From: the human T2T-CHM13v2.0 reference genome, Homo sapiens
Length of the DNA stretch: 64,000 nt
Assembly: GCF_009914755.1 (NCBI RefSeq)
Contig: NC_060948.1
Strand: one strand, 5' to 3'
The notes under the pieces were generated by a model, which did not search any database, was not told where the DNA came from, and saw nothing but the letters and a program-made list of their open reading frames with translations. Below are positions 1-13,600 of this stretch, in pieces. Numbering within the stretch: the stretch's first letter is position 1; each line of letters begins with the position of its first letter. The translations under genes were made by a program, and so were the position numbers.

Positions 1-590
1 GAATCGCCAGGAATTGATGTGAACGGAACGGAATGGAATGGAATCCAAAGGAATGGAATAGAATGGAATGGAATCGAATGGAAAGGACTCGAATGGAAAT
101 CACTCGAATAGAATGCAATTTAATAAAATAGGATCAAATGTAATGGAATGGAATGGAAAGGAATCGAAACGAAAGGAATGGAGACAGATGGAATGGAATG
201 GAACAGAGAGCAATGGTATAGAATGGAATGGAATCATCTGGAATGGAATTGAATGGAATGGAATAATATGAAATGGAATGGAATGGAATGGAATGGAATG
301 CCCTTGAATTAAATGGACTGGAATGGAATGGACTCAAACAGAGTGGAATGGAAAGTGTGGAGATAGAATGGAATGAACTCCTTTGGAATGGTGTAGTATG
401 CAATGCAATCGACTGGCAGGGAATCAAAAGGAATGTAATCGAATGGATTGGACTGGAATGCAATGGACTCGAATAGATTGGAAACGGAATGCAAAGGAAT
501 GGAATGGAATAGTATGGAATGCAATGGAAGGGAATGGAGTGGAATAGACTAGAGTGGAATGGAATGGACTGGAAAGCAATGGACTGGAAT

Positions 591-605
591 GGAACTTTCT
601 TGGAT
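591..605. promoter_or_regulatory. Polymorphic heat-shock-element position HSE-c: imperfect here (GGAAC TTTCT TGGAT), perfect in units 7, 10, 13, 16, 17, 18
   Basis: nGAAn-nTTCn-nGAAn read directly at 22030-22044, 32772-32786, 43514-43528 (GGAACTTTCCTGAAT) and 54185-54199, 57728-57742, 61276-61290 (GGAACTTTCTTGAAT). Motif match only; binding not shown. Confidence 0.45.
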
Positions 606-2337
606 GGACTGGAACCAAACGGAATGGAATGCAATGCAATCAAATGGCATGGAATAAAATAGAATGAAAGAGAATCAAATGGAATTGAATCGAATGGAAT
701 CGAATGGATTGGAAAGGAATAGAATGGAATGGAATGGAATTGACTCAAATGGAATGGACTAGAATGGAATGGATTCGAATGGAAGGCAAAGGAATGGAAT
801 CTATTGGAATGGACTGTAATGGAATGGAATGGAAGGGATTGGAATGGACTCGAATGGAATGGACTGCAATAGAAAGGATTCGAATGGAATGAAAAAGAAT
901 TGAATGGAATAGAACAGAATGGAATCAAATCGAATGAAATGGAATGGAATAGAAAGGAATGGAATGAAATGGAATGGAAAGGATTCGAATGGAATGCAAT
1001 CGAATGGAATGGAATCGAACGGAATGGAATAAAATGGAAGAAAACTGGCAAGAAATGGAATCGAAATGAATGGAGTGTTATGGAACGGACTCAAAAGGAA
1101 TTGAATGTAATAGAATGGAGTGGAGTGGACTCGAATATAATGGACTGGAATGGAATGAAATCACATGGAATGGGAACGAATGGAATGGAATGGAAAGGAA
1201 TGGAATCGAATGGAAAGGAATCGAATGGAAGGGAATGAAATTGAATCAACACGAATGGAAGGGAATAGAATAGACTGTAATGGAATGGACTCGAATAGAA
1301 TGGACACGAATGCTCAAATTAAATGGACTCGAATGGAATGGAAACGAAAGGAATGTCATCGAATGGAATTGAATCGATTGGAATGACATCGCATAGAATG
1401 GAGTGGAATCAAATGGAATTGAATCGAAAGGAAAGGAAGCGAATGGACTGAAATGAAATGGAATGGAATTGAATGGAAAGTAATGCAATGGAATAGAATG
1501 GAACGAAATTTCACGGAATGGAATCAAACTGAATGGAATCAAATCAATGGAATCAAATCAAATGGAATGGAAAGGAATTGAATGGAGTAGATGGGATTGG
1601 ATGGGATTGGAATGAAATGTACTGGAAAGGACTCGAATTTCATGAAACGGAATGGAATGAATTGGAACGGAATGGACTCGAATGGAATGGAATGTCATGG
1701 GATGGCATCAAATGTAATGGCATCAAATGGAATGGAATCGAATGCAGTGGAATGCTATGGAATGGAATGGAATGCATTGGAATGGAATGTCCTCTAATGG
1801 AATGGATTCGAGTGGAATGGAATTGAATATAATGGAGTCGAATGAAATGGAATTGAAAGGAATGGGATCGAATACAATGGAATATACTGGAATGTAACGT
1901 AATGAACTCGAATGTAATTGACTGGAATGGAATGTACATGAATGGAATGTAATCGAATGGAAAGTAATCCAATGGAATAGAATCTAATGCAATAAAATCG
2001 ACTCAGATAGAGTAGAATGTAATGGAATGGAGTGCAGTGCAATGGAATGGAATGGAATGGAATGCAATGGAATGGAATGGAATGGAATGGAATGGAATGG
2101 AATGGAATGGGATGGAATGGTATGGAATGGATAGTAATAGACTGGAGTGAAATGGACTGGAAAGGAATGGACTCAAATTGAAAGGGCTCGAAAGGAATGG
2201 AGTCAAATGGAATGGTCTGGAATGGAATGAACACGAATGTAATGCAACCCAATAGAATGGAATCGAATGGCATGGAATATAAAGAAATGGAATCGAAGAG
2301 AATGGAAACAAATGGAATGGAATTGAATGGAATGGAA

Positions 2338-2491
2338 TTGAATGGAATGGGAACGAATGGAGTGAAATTGTATGCAGTAGAAGAGAATAGAATGGAATGC
2401 AAGCGAAAGGAAAGGAATGGATTGGAATGGAATGGAATTCATTGGAATGGAAGGGAATGTAGTGTAATGGACAGGCCTGGAATAAAGTGGA
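2338..2491. other. Classic DYZ1 sex-typing PCR target segment (154 bp), repeated in each unit
   Basis: TTGAATGGAATGGGAACGAATGG at 2338-2360 and GGACAGGCCTGGAATAAAGTGGA at 2469-2491 match, from memory, the Y1.2 primer and the reverse complement of Y1.1. The segment contains EcoRI (2435-2440) and HaeIII (2474-2477) sites. Confidence 0.8.
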
Positions 2492-2848
2492 ATGCTACGG
2501 TCTCGAATGGAATAAAAATGTATGGAATGGAATGCAATGAAACGGAATCGAATGTCATAGAATGTAATGGAATGCAAAAAAATGGAATCCAAAATCATTG
2601 ACTGGAAAGGCTGGGTGTCGAAAGGAATTGACTCCAATGGAATGGAATCGAATGGAATGGAAGTGAATAGAATCGAACTAAATCGAATGGAATGGAATTG
2701 ATAGGAACGGAATGGAAAGGAATGCAATGATTTGGCATGGAATGGAATCGAATGGCATCGAATGGAATGGAATGGAATGCAATGGAATGGAATGTATTAG
2801 AATGTAATGAACTTTAATGGAATGTACTCGAATGGATTCGACTGGAAT

Positions 2849-2863
2849 GGAATGTTCTGGAAG
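2849..2863. promoter_or_regulatory. Perfect 3-pentamer heat shock element HSE-a (GGAAT GTTCT GGAAG), present in all 18 units
   Basis: Exact nGAAnnTTCnnGAAn match; last copy at 63529-63543. HSF1 is known to bind satellite III. Occupancy at this motif is not shown by sequence. Confidence 0.55.
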
Positions 2864-3128
2864 TGAATGGACTCCAATGGAATGGATTCAAAAGGAATGG
2901 AATCGTACGGAATGGAATCTAATGGAATGGAATTAAATGGAAATGAATCAAATTGAATAGCACGGAATTGAATTGAATGGAATGGAATGCAATGGAATCT
3001 AATGAAACGGAAAGGAAAGGAATGGAATGGAATGGAATGGGCTGGAATGGAAAGGAATCGAAACGAATGGAATGGAATCGAACTGAAGAGACTGGAATGG
3101 AATGCACTGGAATGGAAGGGAGTGTAAT

Positions 3129-3143
3129 GGAAGGTTCTCGAAA
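3129..3143. promoter_or_regulatory. Perfect 3-pentamer heat shock element HSE-b (GGAAG GTTCT CGAAA), intact in 11 units and broken (GTTGT) in 7
   Basis: Exact nGAAnnTTCnnGAAn match 280 bp downstream of HSE-a. Intact in units 1, 6, 7, 9, 10, 12, 14-18; TTC replaced by TTG in units 2, 3, 4, 5, 8, 11, 13. Confidence 0.5.
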
Positions 3144-3579
3144 ATAATGGAATCGAATGGAATGGAACTGAATGGAACGGAATAGAGTCGAATGGAATTG
3201 AATGGAATGGAATGGACTAGAGTGAAATGGAATCGAACCACAAGGAATGGACAGGAATAGAATGGTCTCGAATTGAATGGAATCGTATGGAATGGCATCA
3301 AACGGAATGGAATGGACAGCCACGGAATGGAATGCACTCGAATGCAATGGAGTCGAAACAAATGGACTGGAATAGAATGGACTCGACTGGTACGGACTCC
3401 AATGGAATGGAATCGAATGGAAGGGAATCGAACGGAAGGGAATCGAACGGAATGGACTCGAAGGGAAAAGACTGCAATGGAAAGGTCTCGAATGGAATGG
3501 AAATTAATGGAATGGAATGGAATCGAATGAAATGGAGTCAAAAGGAATGGAATCGAATGGCAAGAAATCGAATGTAATG

Positions 3580-6500
3580 GAATCGCCAGGAATTGATGTG
3601 AACGGAACGGAATGGAATGGAATCCAAAGGAATGGAATAGAATGGAATGGAATCGAATGGAAAGGACTCGAATGGAAATCACTCGAATAGAATGCAATTT
3701 AATAAAATAGGATCAAATGTAATGGAATGGAATGGAAAGGAATCGAAACGAAAGGAATGGAGACAGATGGAATGGAATGGAACAGAGAGCAATGGTATAG
3801 AATGGAATGGAATCATCTGGAATGGAATTGAATGGAATGGAATAATATGAAATGGAATGGAATGGAATGGAATGGAATGCCCTTGAATTAAATGGACTGG
3901 AATGGAATGGACTCAAACAGAGTGGAATGGAAAGTGTGGAGATAGAATGGAATGAACTCCTTTGGAATGGTGTAGTATGCAATGCAATCGACTGGCAGGG
4001 AATCAAAAGGAATGTAATCGAATGGATTGGACTGGAATGCAATGGACTCGAATAGATTGGAAACGGAATGCAAAGGAATGGAATGGAATAGTATGGAATG
4101 CAATGGAAGGGAATGGAGTGGAATAGACTAGAGTGGAATGGAATGGACTGGAAAGCAATGGACTGGAATGGAACTTTCTTGGATGGACTGGAACCAAACG
4201 GAATGGAATGCAATGCAATCAAATGGCATGGAATAAAATAGAATGAAAGAGAATCAAATGGAATTGAATCGAATGGAATCGAATGGATTGGAAAGGAATA
4301 GAATGGAATGGAATGGAATTGACTCAAATGGAATGGACTAGAATGGAATGGATTCGAATGGAAGGCAAAGGAATGGAATCTATTGGAATGGACTGTAATG
4401 GAATGGAATGGAAGGGATTGGAATGGACTCGAATGGAATGGACTGCAATAGAAAGGATTCGAATGGAATGAAAAAGAATTGAATGGAATAGAACAGAATG
4501 GAATCAAATCGAATGAAATGGAATGGAATAGAAAGGAATGGAATGAAATGGAATGGAAAGGATTCGAATGGAATGCAATCGAATGGAATGGAATAAAATG
4601 GAAGAAAACTGGCAAGAAATGGAATCGAAATGAATGGAGTGTTATGGAACGGACTCAAAAGGAATTGAATGTAATAGAATGGAGTGGAGTGGACTCGAAT
4701 ATAATGGACTGGAATGGAATGAAATCACATGGAATGGGAACGAATGGAATGGAATGGAAAGGAATGGAATCGAATGGAAAGGAATCGAATGGAAGGGAAT
4801 GAAATTGAATCAACAGGAATGGAAGGGAATAGAATAGACGGTAATGGAATGGACTCGAATAGAATGGACACGAATGCTCAAATTAAATGGACATGAATGG
4901 AATGGAAACGAAAGGAATGTCATCGAATGGAATTGAATCGATTGGAATGAAATCGCATAGAATGGAGTGGAATCAAATGGAATTGAATCGAAAGGAAAGG
5001 AAGCGAATGGACTGAAATGAAATGGAATGGAATTGAATGGAAAGTAATGCAATGGAATAGAATGGAACGAAATTTCACGGAATGGAATCAAACTGAATGG
5101 AATCAAATCAATGGAATCAAATCAAATGGAATGGAAAGGAATTGAATGGAGTAGATGGGATTGGATGGGATTGGAATGAAATGTACTGGAAAGGACTCGA
5201 ATTTCATGAAACGGAATGGAATGAATTGGAACGGAATGGACTCGAATGGAATGGAATGTCATGGGATGGCATCAAAAGGAATGGCATCAAATGGAATGGA
5301 ATCGAATGCAATGGAATGCTATGGAATGGAATGGAATGCATTGGAATGGAATGTCCTCTAATGGAATGGATTCGAGTGGAATGGAATTGAATATAATGGA
5401 GTCGAATGAAATGGAATTGAAAGGAATGGGATCGAATACAATGGAATATACTGGAATGTAACGTAATGAACTCGAATGTAATTGACTGGAATGGAATGTA
5501 CATGAATGGAATGTAATCGAATGGAAAGTAATCCAATGGAATAGAATCTAATGCAATAAAATCGACTCAGATAGAGTAGAATGTAATGGAATGGAGTGCA
5601 GTGCAATGGAATGGAATGGAATGGAATGCAATGGAATGGAATGGAATGGAATGGGATGGAATGGTATGGAATGGATAGTAATGGACTGGAGTGAAATGGA
5701 CTGGAAAGGAATGGACTCAAATTGAAAGGGCACGAAAGGAATGGAGTCAAATGGAATGGTCTGGAATGGAATGAACACGAATGTAATGCAACCCAATAGA
5801 ATGGAATCGAATGGCATGGAATATAAAGAAATGGAATCGAAGAGAATGGAAACAAATGGAATGGAATTGAATGGAATGGGAACGAATGGAGTGAAATTGT
5901 ATGCAGTAGAAGTGAATAGAATGGAATGCAAGCGAAAGGAAAGGAATGGATTGGAATGGAATGGAATTCATTGGAATGGAAGGGAATGTAGTGTAATGGA
6001 CAGGCCTGGAATAAAGTGGAATGCTACGGTCTCGAATGGAATAAAAATGTATGGAATGGAATGCAATGAAACGGAATCGAATGTCATAGAATGTAATGGA
6101 ATGCAAAAAAATGGAATCCAAAATCATTGACTGGAAAGGCTGGGTGTCGAAAGGAATTGACTCCAATGGAATGGAATCGAATGGAATGGAAGTGAATAGA
6201 ATCGAACTAAATCGAATGGAATGGAATTGATAGGAACGGAATGGAAAGGAATGCAATGATTTGGCATGGAATGGAATCGAATGGCATCGAATGGAATGGA
6301 ATGGAATGCAATGGAATGGAATGTATTAGAATGTAATGAACTTTAATGGAATGTACTCGAATGGATTCGACTGGAATGGAATGTTCTGGAAGTGAATGGA
6401 CTCCAATGGAATGGATTCAAAAGGAATGGAATCGTACGGAATGGAATCTAATGGAATGGAATTAAATGGAAATGAATCAAATTGAATAGCACGGAATTGA

Positions 6501-7108
6501 ATTGAATGGAATGGAATGCAATGGAATCTAATGAAACGGAAAGGAAAGGAATGGAATGGAATGGAATGGGCTGGAATGGAAAGGAATCGAAACGAATGGA
6601 ATGGAATCGAACTGAAGAGACTGGAATGGAATGCACTGGAATGGAAGGGAGTGTAATGGAAGGTTGTCGAAAAAAATGGAATCGAATGGAATGGAATTGA
6701 ATGGAACGGAATAGAGTCGAATGGAATTGAATGGAATGGAATGGACTAGAGTGAAATGGAATCGAACCACAAGGAATGGACAGGAATAGAATGGTCTCGA
6801 ATTGAATGGAATCGTATGGAATGGCATCAAACGGAATGGAATGGACAGCCACGGAATGGAATGCACTCGAATGCAATGGAGTCGAAACTAATGGACTGGA
6901 ATAGAATGGACTCGACTGGTACGGACTCCAATGGAATGGAATCGAATGGAAGGGAATCGAACGGAAGGGAATCGAACAGAATGGACTCGAAGGGAAAAGA
7001 CTGCAATGGAAAGGTCTCGAATGGAATGGAAATTAATGGAATGGAATGGAATCGAATGAAATGGAGTCAAAAGGAATGGAATCGAATGGCAAGAAATCTC
7101 ATGTAATC
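3580..7108 (+). repeat. DYZ1 unit 2 (3529 bp; A front, short S back, extra 15-bp deletion)
   Basis: Lacks 15 bp near 4585, has 4 GGAAT in the central tract (-20) and a single ggaatggaattgaat (-15). Markers gggcacgaa, gaagtgaata, gaaactaa. Confidence 0.9.
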
Positions 7109-10100
7109 GAATCGCCAGGAATTGATGTGAACGGAACGGAATGGAATGGAATCCAAAGGAATGGAATAGAATGGAATGGAATCGAATGGAAAGGACTCGA
7201 ATGGAAATCACTCGAATAGAATGCAATTTAATAAAATAGGATCAAATGTAATGGAATGGAATGGAAAGGAATCGAAACGAAAGGAATGGAGACAGATGGA
7301 ATGGAATGGAACAGAGAGCAATGGTATAGAATGGAATGGAATCATCTGGAATGGAATTGAATGGAATGGAATAATATGAAATGGAATGGAATGGAATGGA
7401 GTGGAATGCCCTTGAATTAAATGGACTGGAATGGAATGGACTCAAACAGAGTGGAATGGAAAGTGTGGAGATAGAATGGAATGAACTCCTTTGGAATGGT
7501 GTAGTATGCAATGCAATCGACTGGCAGGGAATCAAAAGAAATGTAATCGAATGGATTGGACTGGAATGCAATGGACTCGAATAGATTGGAAACGGAATGC
7601 AAAGGAATGGAATGGAATAGTATGGAATGCAATGGAAGGGAATGGAGTGGAATAGACTAGAGTGGAATGGAATGGACTGGAAAGCAATGGACTGGAATGG
7701 AACTTTCTTGGATGGACTGGAATCAAACGGAATGGAATGCAATGCAATCAAATGGCATGGAATAAAATAGAATGAAAGAGAATCAAATGGAATTGAATCG
7801 AATGGAATCGAATGGATTGGAAAGGAATAGAATGGAATGGAATGGAATTGACTCAAATGGAATGGACTAGAATGGAATGGATTCGAATGGAAGGCAAAGG
7901 AATGGAATCTATTGGAATGGACTGTAATGGAATGGAATGGAAGGGATTGGAATGGACTCGAATGGAATGGACTGCAATAGAAAGGATTCGAATGGAATGA
8001 AAAAGAATTGAATGGAATAGAACAGAATGGAATCAAATCGAATGAAATGGAATGGAATAGAAAGGAATGGAATGAAATGGAATGGAAAGGATTCGAATGT
8101 AATGCAATCGAATGGAATGGAATCGAACGGAATGGAATAAAATGGAAGAAAACTGGCAAGAAATGGAATCGAAATGAATGGAGTGTTATGGAACGGACTC
8201 AAAAGGAATTGAATGTAATAGAATGGAGTGGAGTGGACTCGAATATAATGGACTGGAATGGAATGAAATCACATGGAATGGGAACGAATGGAATGGAATG
8301 GAAAGGAATGGAATCGAATGGAAAGGAATCGAATGGAAGGGAATGAAATTGAATCAACAGGAATGGAAGGGAATAGAATAGACTGTAATGGAATGGACTC
8401 GAATAGAATGGACACGAATGCTCAAATTAAATGGACTCGAATGGAATGGAAACGAAAGGAATGTCATCGAATGGAATTGAATCGATTGGAATGAAATCGC
8501 ATAGAATGGAGTGGAATCAAATGGAATTGAATCGAAAGGAAAGGAAGCGAATGGACTGAAATGAAATGGAATGGAATTGAATGGAAAGTAATGCAATGGA
8601 ATAGAATGGAACGAAATTTCACGGAATGGAATCAAACTGAATGGAATCAAATCAATGGAATCAAATCAAATGGAATGGAAAGGAATTGAATGGAGTAGAT
8701 GGGATTGGATGGGATTGGAATGAAATGTACTGGAAAGGACTCGAATTTCATGAAACGGAATGGAATGAATTGGAACGGAATGGACTCGAATGGAATGGAA
8801 TGTCATGGGATGGCATCAAATGGAATGGCATCAAATGGAATGGAATCGAATGCAATGGAATGCTATGGAATGGAATGGAATGCATTGGAATGGAAAGTCC
8901 TCTAATGGAATGGATTCGAGTGGAATGGAATTGAATATAATGGAGTCGAATGAAATGGAATTGAAAGGAATGGGATCGAATACAATGGAATATACTGGAA
9001 TGTAACGTAATGAACTCGAATGTAATTGACTGGAAAGGAATGTACATGAATGGAATGTAATCGAATGGAAAGTAATCCAATGGAATAGAATCTAATGCAA
9101 TAAAATCGACTCAGATAGAGTAGAATGTAATGGAATGGAGTGCAGTGCAATGGAATGGAATGGAATGGAATGCAATGGAATGGAATGGAATGGAATGGAA
9201 TGGAATGGAATGGAGTGGGATGGAATGGTATGGAATGTATAGTAATGGACTGGTGTGAAATGGACTGGAAAGGAATGGACTCAAATTGAAAGGGCTCGAA
9301 AGGAATGGAGTCAAATGGAATGGTCTGGAATGGAATGAACACGAATGTAATGCAACCCAATAGAATGGAATCGAATGGCATGGAATATAAAGAAATGGAA
9401 TCGAAGAGAATGGAAACAAATGGAATGGAATTGAATGGAATGGAATTGAATGGAATGGGAACGAATGGAGTGAAATTGTATGCAGTAGAAGAGAATAGAA
9501 TGGAATGCAAGCGAAAGGAAAGGAATGGATTGGAATGGAATGGAATTCATTGGAATGGAAGGGAATGTAGTGTAATGGACAGGCCTGGAATAAAGTGGAA
9601 TGCTACGGTCTCGAATGGAATAAAAATGTATGGAATGGAATGCAATGAAACGGAATCGAATGTCATAGAATGTAATGGAATGCAAAAAAATGGAATCCAA
9701 AATCATTGACTGGAAAGGCTGGGTGTCGAAAGGAATTGACTCCAATGGAATGGAATCGAATGGAATGGAAGTGAATAGAATCGAACTAAATCGAATGGAA
9801 TGGAATTGATAGGAACGGAATGGAAAGGAATGCAATGATTTGGCATGGAATGGAATCGAATGGCATCGAATGGAATGGAATGGAATGCAATGGAATGGAA
9901 TGTATTAGAATGTAATGAACTTTAATGGAATGTACTCGAATGGATTCGACTGGAATGGAATGTTCTGGAAGTGAATGGACTCCAATGGAATGGATTCAAA
10001 AGGAATGGAATCGTACGGAATGGAATCTAATGGAATGGAATTAAATGGAAATGAATCAAATTGAATAGCACGGAATTGAATTGAATGGAATGGAATGCAA

Positions 10101-10687
10101 TGGAATCTAATGAAACGGAAAGGAAAGGAATGGAATGGAATGGAATGGGCTGGAATGGAAAGGAATCGAAACGAATGGAATGGAATCGAACTGAAGAGAC
10201 TGGAATGGAATGCACTGGAATGGAAGGGAGTGTAATGGAAGGTTGTCGAAAAAAATGGAATCGAATGGAATGGAATTGAATGGAACGGAATAGAGTCGAA
10301 TGGAATTGAATGGAATGGAATGGACTAGAGTGAAATGGAATCGAACCACAAGGAATGGACAGGAATAGAATGGTCTCGAATTGAATGGAATCGTATGGAA
10401 TGGCATCAAACGGAATGGAATGGACAGCCACGGAATGGAATGCACTCGAATGCAATGGAGTCGAAACAAATGGACTGGAATAGAATGGACTCGACTGGTA
10501 CGGACTCCAATGGAATGGAATCGAATGGAAGGGAATCGAACGGAAGGGAATCGAACGGAATGGACTCGAAGGGAAAAGACTGCAATGGAAAGGTCTCGAA
10601 TGGAATGGAAATTAATGGAATGGAATGGAATCGAATGAAATGGAGTCAAAAGGAATGGAATCGAATGGCAAGAAATCGAATGTAATG
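7109..10687 (+). repeat. DYZ1 unit 3 (3579 bp; subtype B)
   Basis: Markers ggagtggaatgccc, atcaaaagaa, ttcgaatgta, ggaaagtcct, ggagtgggat, tggtgtgaaa. Confidence 0.9.
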
Positions 10688-13600
10688 GAATCGCCAGGAA
10701 TTGATGTGAACGGAACGGAATGGAATGGAATCCAAAGGAATGGAATAGAATGGAATGGAATCGAATGGAAAGGACTCGAATGGAAATCACTCGAATAGAA
10801 TGCAATTTAATAAAATAGGATCAAATGTAATGGAATGGAATGGAAAGGAATCGAAACGAAAGGAATGGAGACAGATGGAATGGAATGGAACAGAGAGCAA
10901 TGGTATAGAATGGAATGGAATCATCTGGAATGGAATTGAATGGAATGGAATAATATGAAATGGAATGGAATGGAATGGAATGGAATGCCCTTGAATTAAA
11001 TGGACTGGAATGGAATGGACTCAAACAGAGTGGAATGGAAAGTGTGGAGATAGAATGGAATGAACTCCTTTGGAATGGTGTAGTATGCAATGCAATCGAC
11101 TGGCAGGGAATCAAAAGGAATGTAATCGAATGGATTGGACTGGAATGCAATGGACTCGAATAGATTGGAAACGGAATGCAAAGGAATGGAATGGAATAGT
11201 ATGGAATGCAATGGAAGGGAATGGAGTGGAATAGACTAGAGTGGAATGGAATGGACTGGAAAGCAATGGACTGAAATGGAACTTTCTTGGATGGACTGGA
11301 ATCAAACGGAATGGAATGCAATGCAATCAAATGGCATGGAATAAAATAGAATGAAAGAGAATCAAATGGAATTGAATCGAATGGAATCGAATGGATTGGA
11401 AATGAATAGAATGGAATGGAATGGAATTGACTCAAATGGAATGGACTAGAATGGAATGGATTCGAATGGAAGGCAAAGGAATGGAATCTATTGGAATGGA
11501 CTGTAATGGAATGGAATGGAAGGGATTGGAATGGACTCGAATGGAATGGACTGCAATAGAAAGGATTCGAATGGAATGAAAAAGAATTGAATGGAATAGA
11601 ACAGAATGGAATCAAATCGAATGAAATGGAATGGAATAGAAAGGAATGGAATGAAATGGAATGGAAAGGATTCGAATGGAATGCAATCGAATGGAATGGA
11701 ATCGAACGGAATGGAATAAAATGGAAGAAAACTGGCAAGAAATGGAATCGAAATGAATGGAGTGTTATGGAACGGACTCAAAAGGAATTGAATGTAATAG
11801 AAAGGAGTGGAGTGGACTCGAATATAATGGACTGGAATGGAATGAAATCACATGGAATGGGAACGAATGGAATGGAATGGAAAGGAATGGAATCGAATGG
11901 AAAGGAATCGAATGGAAGGGAATGAAATTGAATCAACACGAATGGAAGGGAATAGAATAGACTGTAATGGAATGGACTCGAATAGAATGGACACGAATGC
12001 TCAAATTAAATGGACTCGAATGGAATGGAAACGAAAGGAATGTCATCGAATGGAATTGAATCGATTGGAATGACATCGCATAGAATGGAGTGGAATCAAA
12101 TGGAATTGAATCGAAAGGAAAGGAAGCGAATGGACTGAAATGAAATGGAATGGAATTGAATGGAAAGTAATGCAATGGAATAGAATGGAACGAAATTTCA
12201 CGGAATGGAATCAAACTGAATGGAATCAAATCAATGGAATCAAATCAAATGGAATGGAAAGGAATTGAATGGAGTAGATGGGATTGGATGGGATTGGAAT
12301 GAAATGTACTGGAAAGGACTCGAATTTCATGAAACGGAATGGAATGAATTGGAACGGAATGGACTCGAATGGAATGGAATGTCATGGGATGGCATCAAAT
12401 GTAATGGCATCAAATGGAATGGAATCGAATGCAGTGGAATGCTATGGAATGGAATGGAATGCATTGGAATGGAATGTCCTCTAATGGAATGGATTCGAGT
12501 GGAATGGAATTGAATATAATGGAGTCGAATGAAATGGAATTGAAAGGAATGGGATCGAATACAATGGAATATACTGGAATGTAACGTAATGAACTCGAAT
12601 GTAATTGACTGGAATGGAATGTACATGAATGGAATGTAATCGAATGGAAAGTAATCCAATGGAATAGAATCTAATGCAATAAAATCGACTCAGATAGAGT
12701 AGAATGTAATGGAATGGAGTGCAGTGCAATGGAATGGAATGGAATGGAATGCAATGGAATGGAATGGAATGGAATGGAATGGAATGGAATGGAATGGAAT
12801 GGGATGGAATGGTATGGAATGGATAGTAATAGACTGGAGTGTAATGGACTGGAAAGGAATGGACTCAAATTGAAAGGGCTCGAAAGGAATGGAGTCAAAT
12901 GGAATGGTCTGGAATGGAATGAACACGAATGTAATGCAACCCAATAGAATGGAATCGAATGGCATGGAATATAAAGAAATGGAATCGAAGAGAATGGAAA
13001 CAAATGGAATGGAATTGAATGGAATGGAATTGAATGGAATGGGAACGAATGGAGTGAAATTGTATGCAGTAGAAGAGAATAGAATGGAATGCAAGCGAAA
13101 GGAAAGGAATGGATTGGAATGGAATGGAATTCATTGGAATGGAAGGGAATGTAGTGTAATGGACAGGTCTGGAATAAAGTGGAATGCTACGGTCTCGAAT
13201 GGAATAAAAATGTATGGAATGGAATGCAATGAAACGGAATCGAATGTCATAGAATGTAATGGAATGCAAAAAAATGGAATCCAAAATCATTGACTGGAAA
13301 GGCTGGGTGTCGAAAGGAATTGACTCCAATGGAATGGAATCGAATGGAATGGAAGTGAATAGAATCGAACTAAATCGAATGGAATGGAATTGATAGGAAC
13401 GGAATGGAAAGGAATGCAATGATTTGGCATGGAATGGAATCGAATGGCATCGAATGGAATGGAATGGAATGCAATGGAATGGAATGTATTAGAATGTAAT
13501 GAACTTTAATGGAATGTACTCGAATGGATTCGACTGGAATGGAATGTTCTGGAAGTGAATGGACTCCAATGGAATGGATTCAAAAGGAATGGAATCGTAC

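Larger units (their letters stand above)
1..3579 (+). repeat. DYZ1 unit 1 (3579 bp; A-type front, C-type middle)
   Basis: Starts gaatcgccagg. Markers ggaaccaaac, caacacgaat, gacatc, gtaatagact; 8 pure GGAAT in the central tract; private aaaataatgg at 3141. Confidence 0.9.

Noticed and set aside
134-1051. 305-aa minus-strand ORF repeated in most units, plus 170-232 aa ORFs (HSIPF-like repeats)
   Set aside because: Pure (CATTC)n has no stop codon in any frame, so long F/H/S/I/P ORFs are expected. There is no domain, and the ORF is frameshifted in units 16-18.
1520-1565. CAAATCAAT/CAAATCAAAT cluster as a DUX4 or other homeodomain site
   Set aside because: Does not match the TAAYYYAATCA-type consensus well; DUX4 binding is characteristic of HSATII rather than this family.
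1588-1612. GATGGGATTGGATGGGATTGG as a G-quadruplex
   Set aside because: Only two GGG runs; better explained as a 10-bp local duplication.
1634-1648. CGAATTTCATGAAAC as a fourth heat-shock element
   Set aside because: The GAA-to-TTC spacing is 1 bp, out of register; only a two-unit TTCnnGAA remains.
122-2516. Six AATAAA hexamers per unit (122, 653, 1028, 1991, 2481, 2511) as poly(A) signals
   Set aside because: They arise easily from GGAAT-GGAAT degeneration in an A-rich strand, lack clear downstream GU/U-rich elements, and there is no transcript evidence here.
3009-3023. GGAAA runs as EWS-FLI1-type GGAA microsatellites
   Set aside because: The periodicity is 5 bp, not tandem 4-bp GGAA, and the runs are only 2-3 copies.
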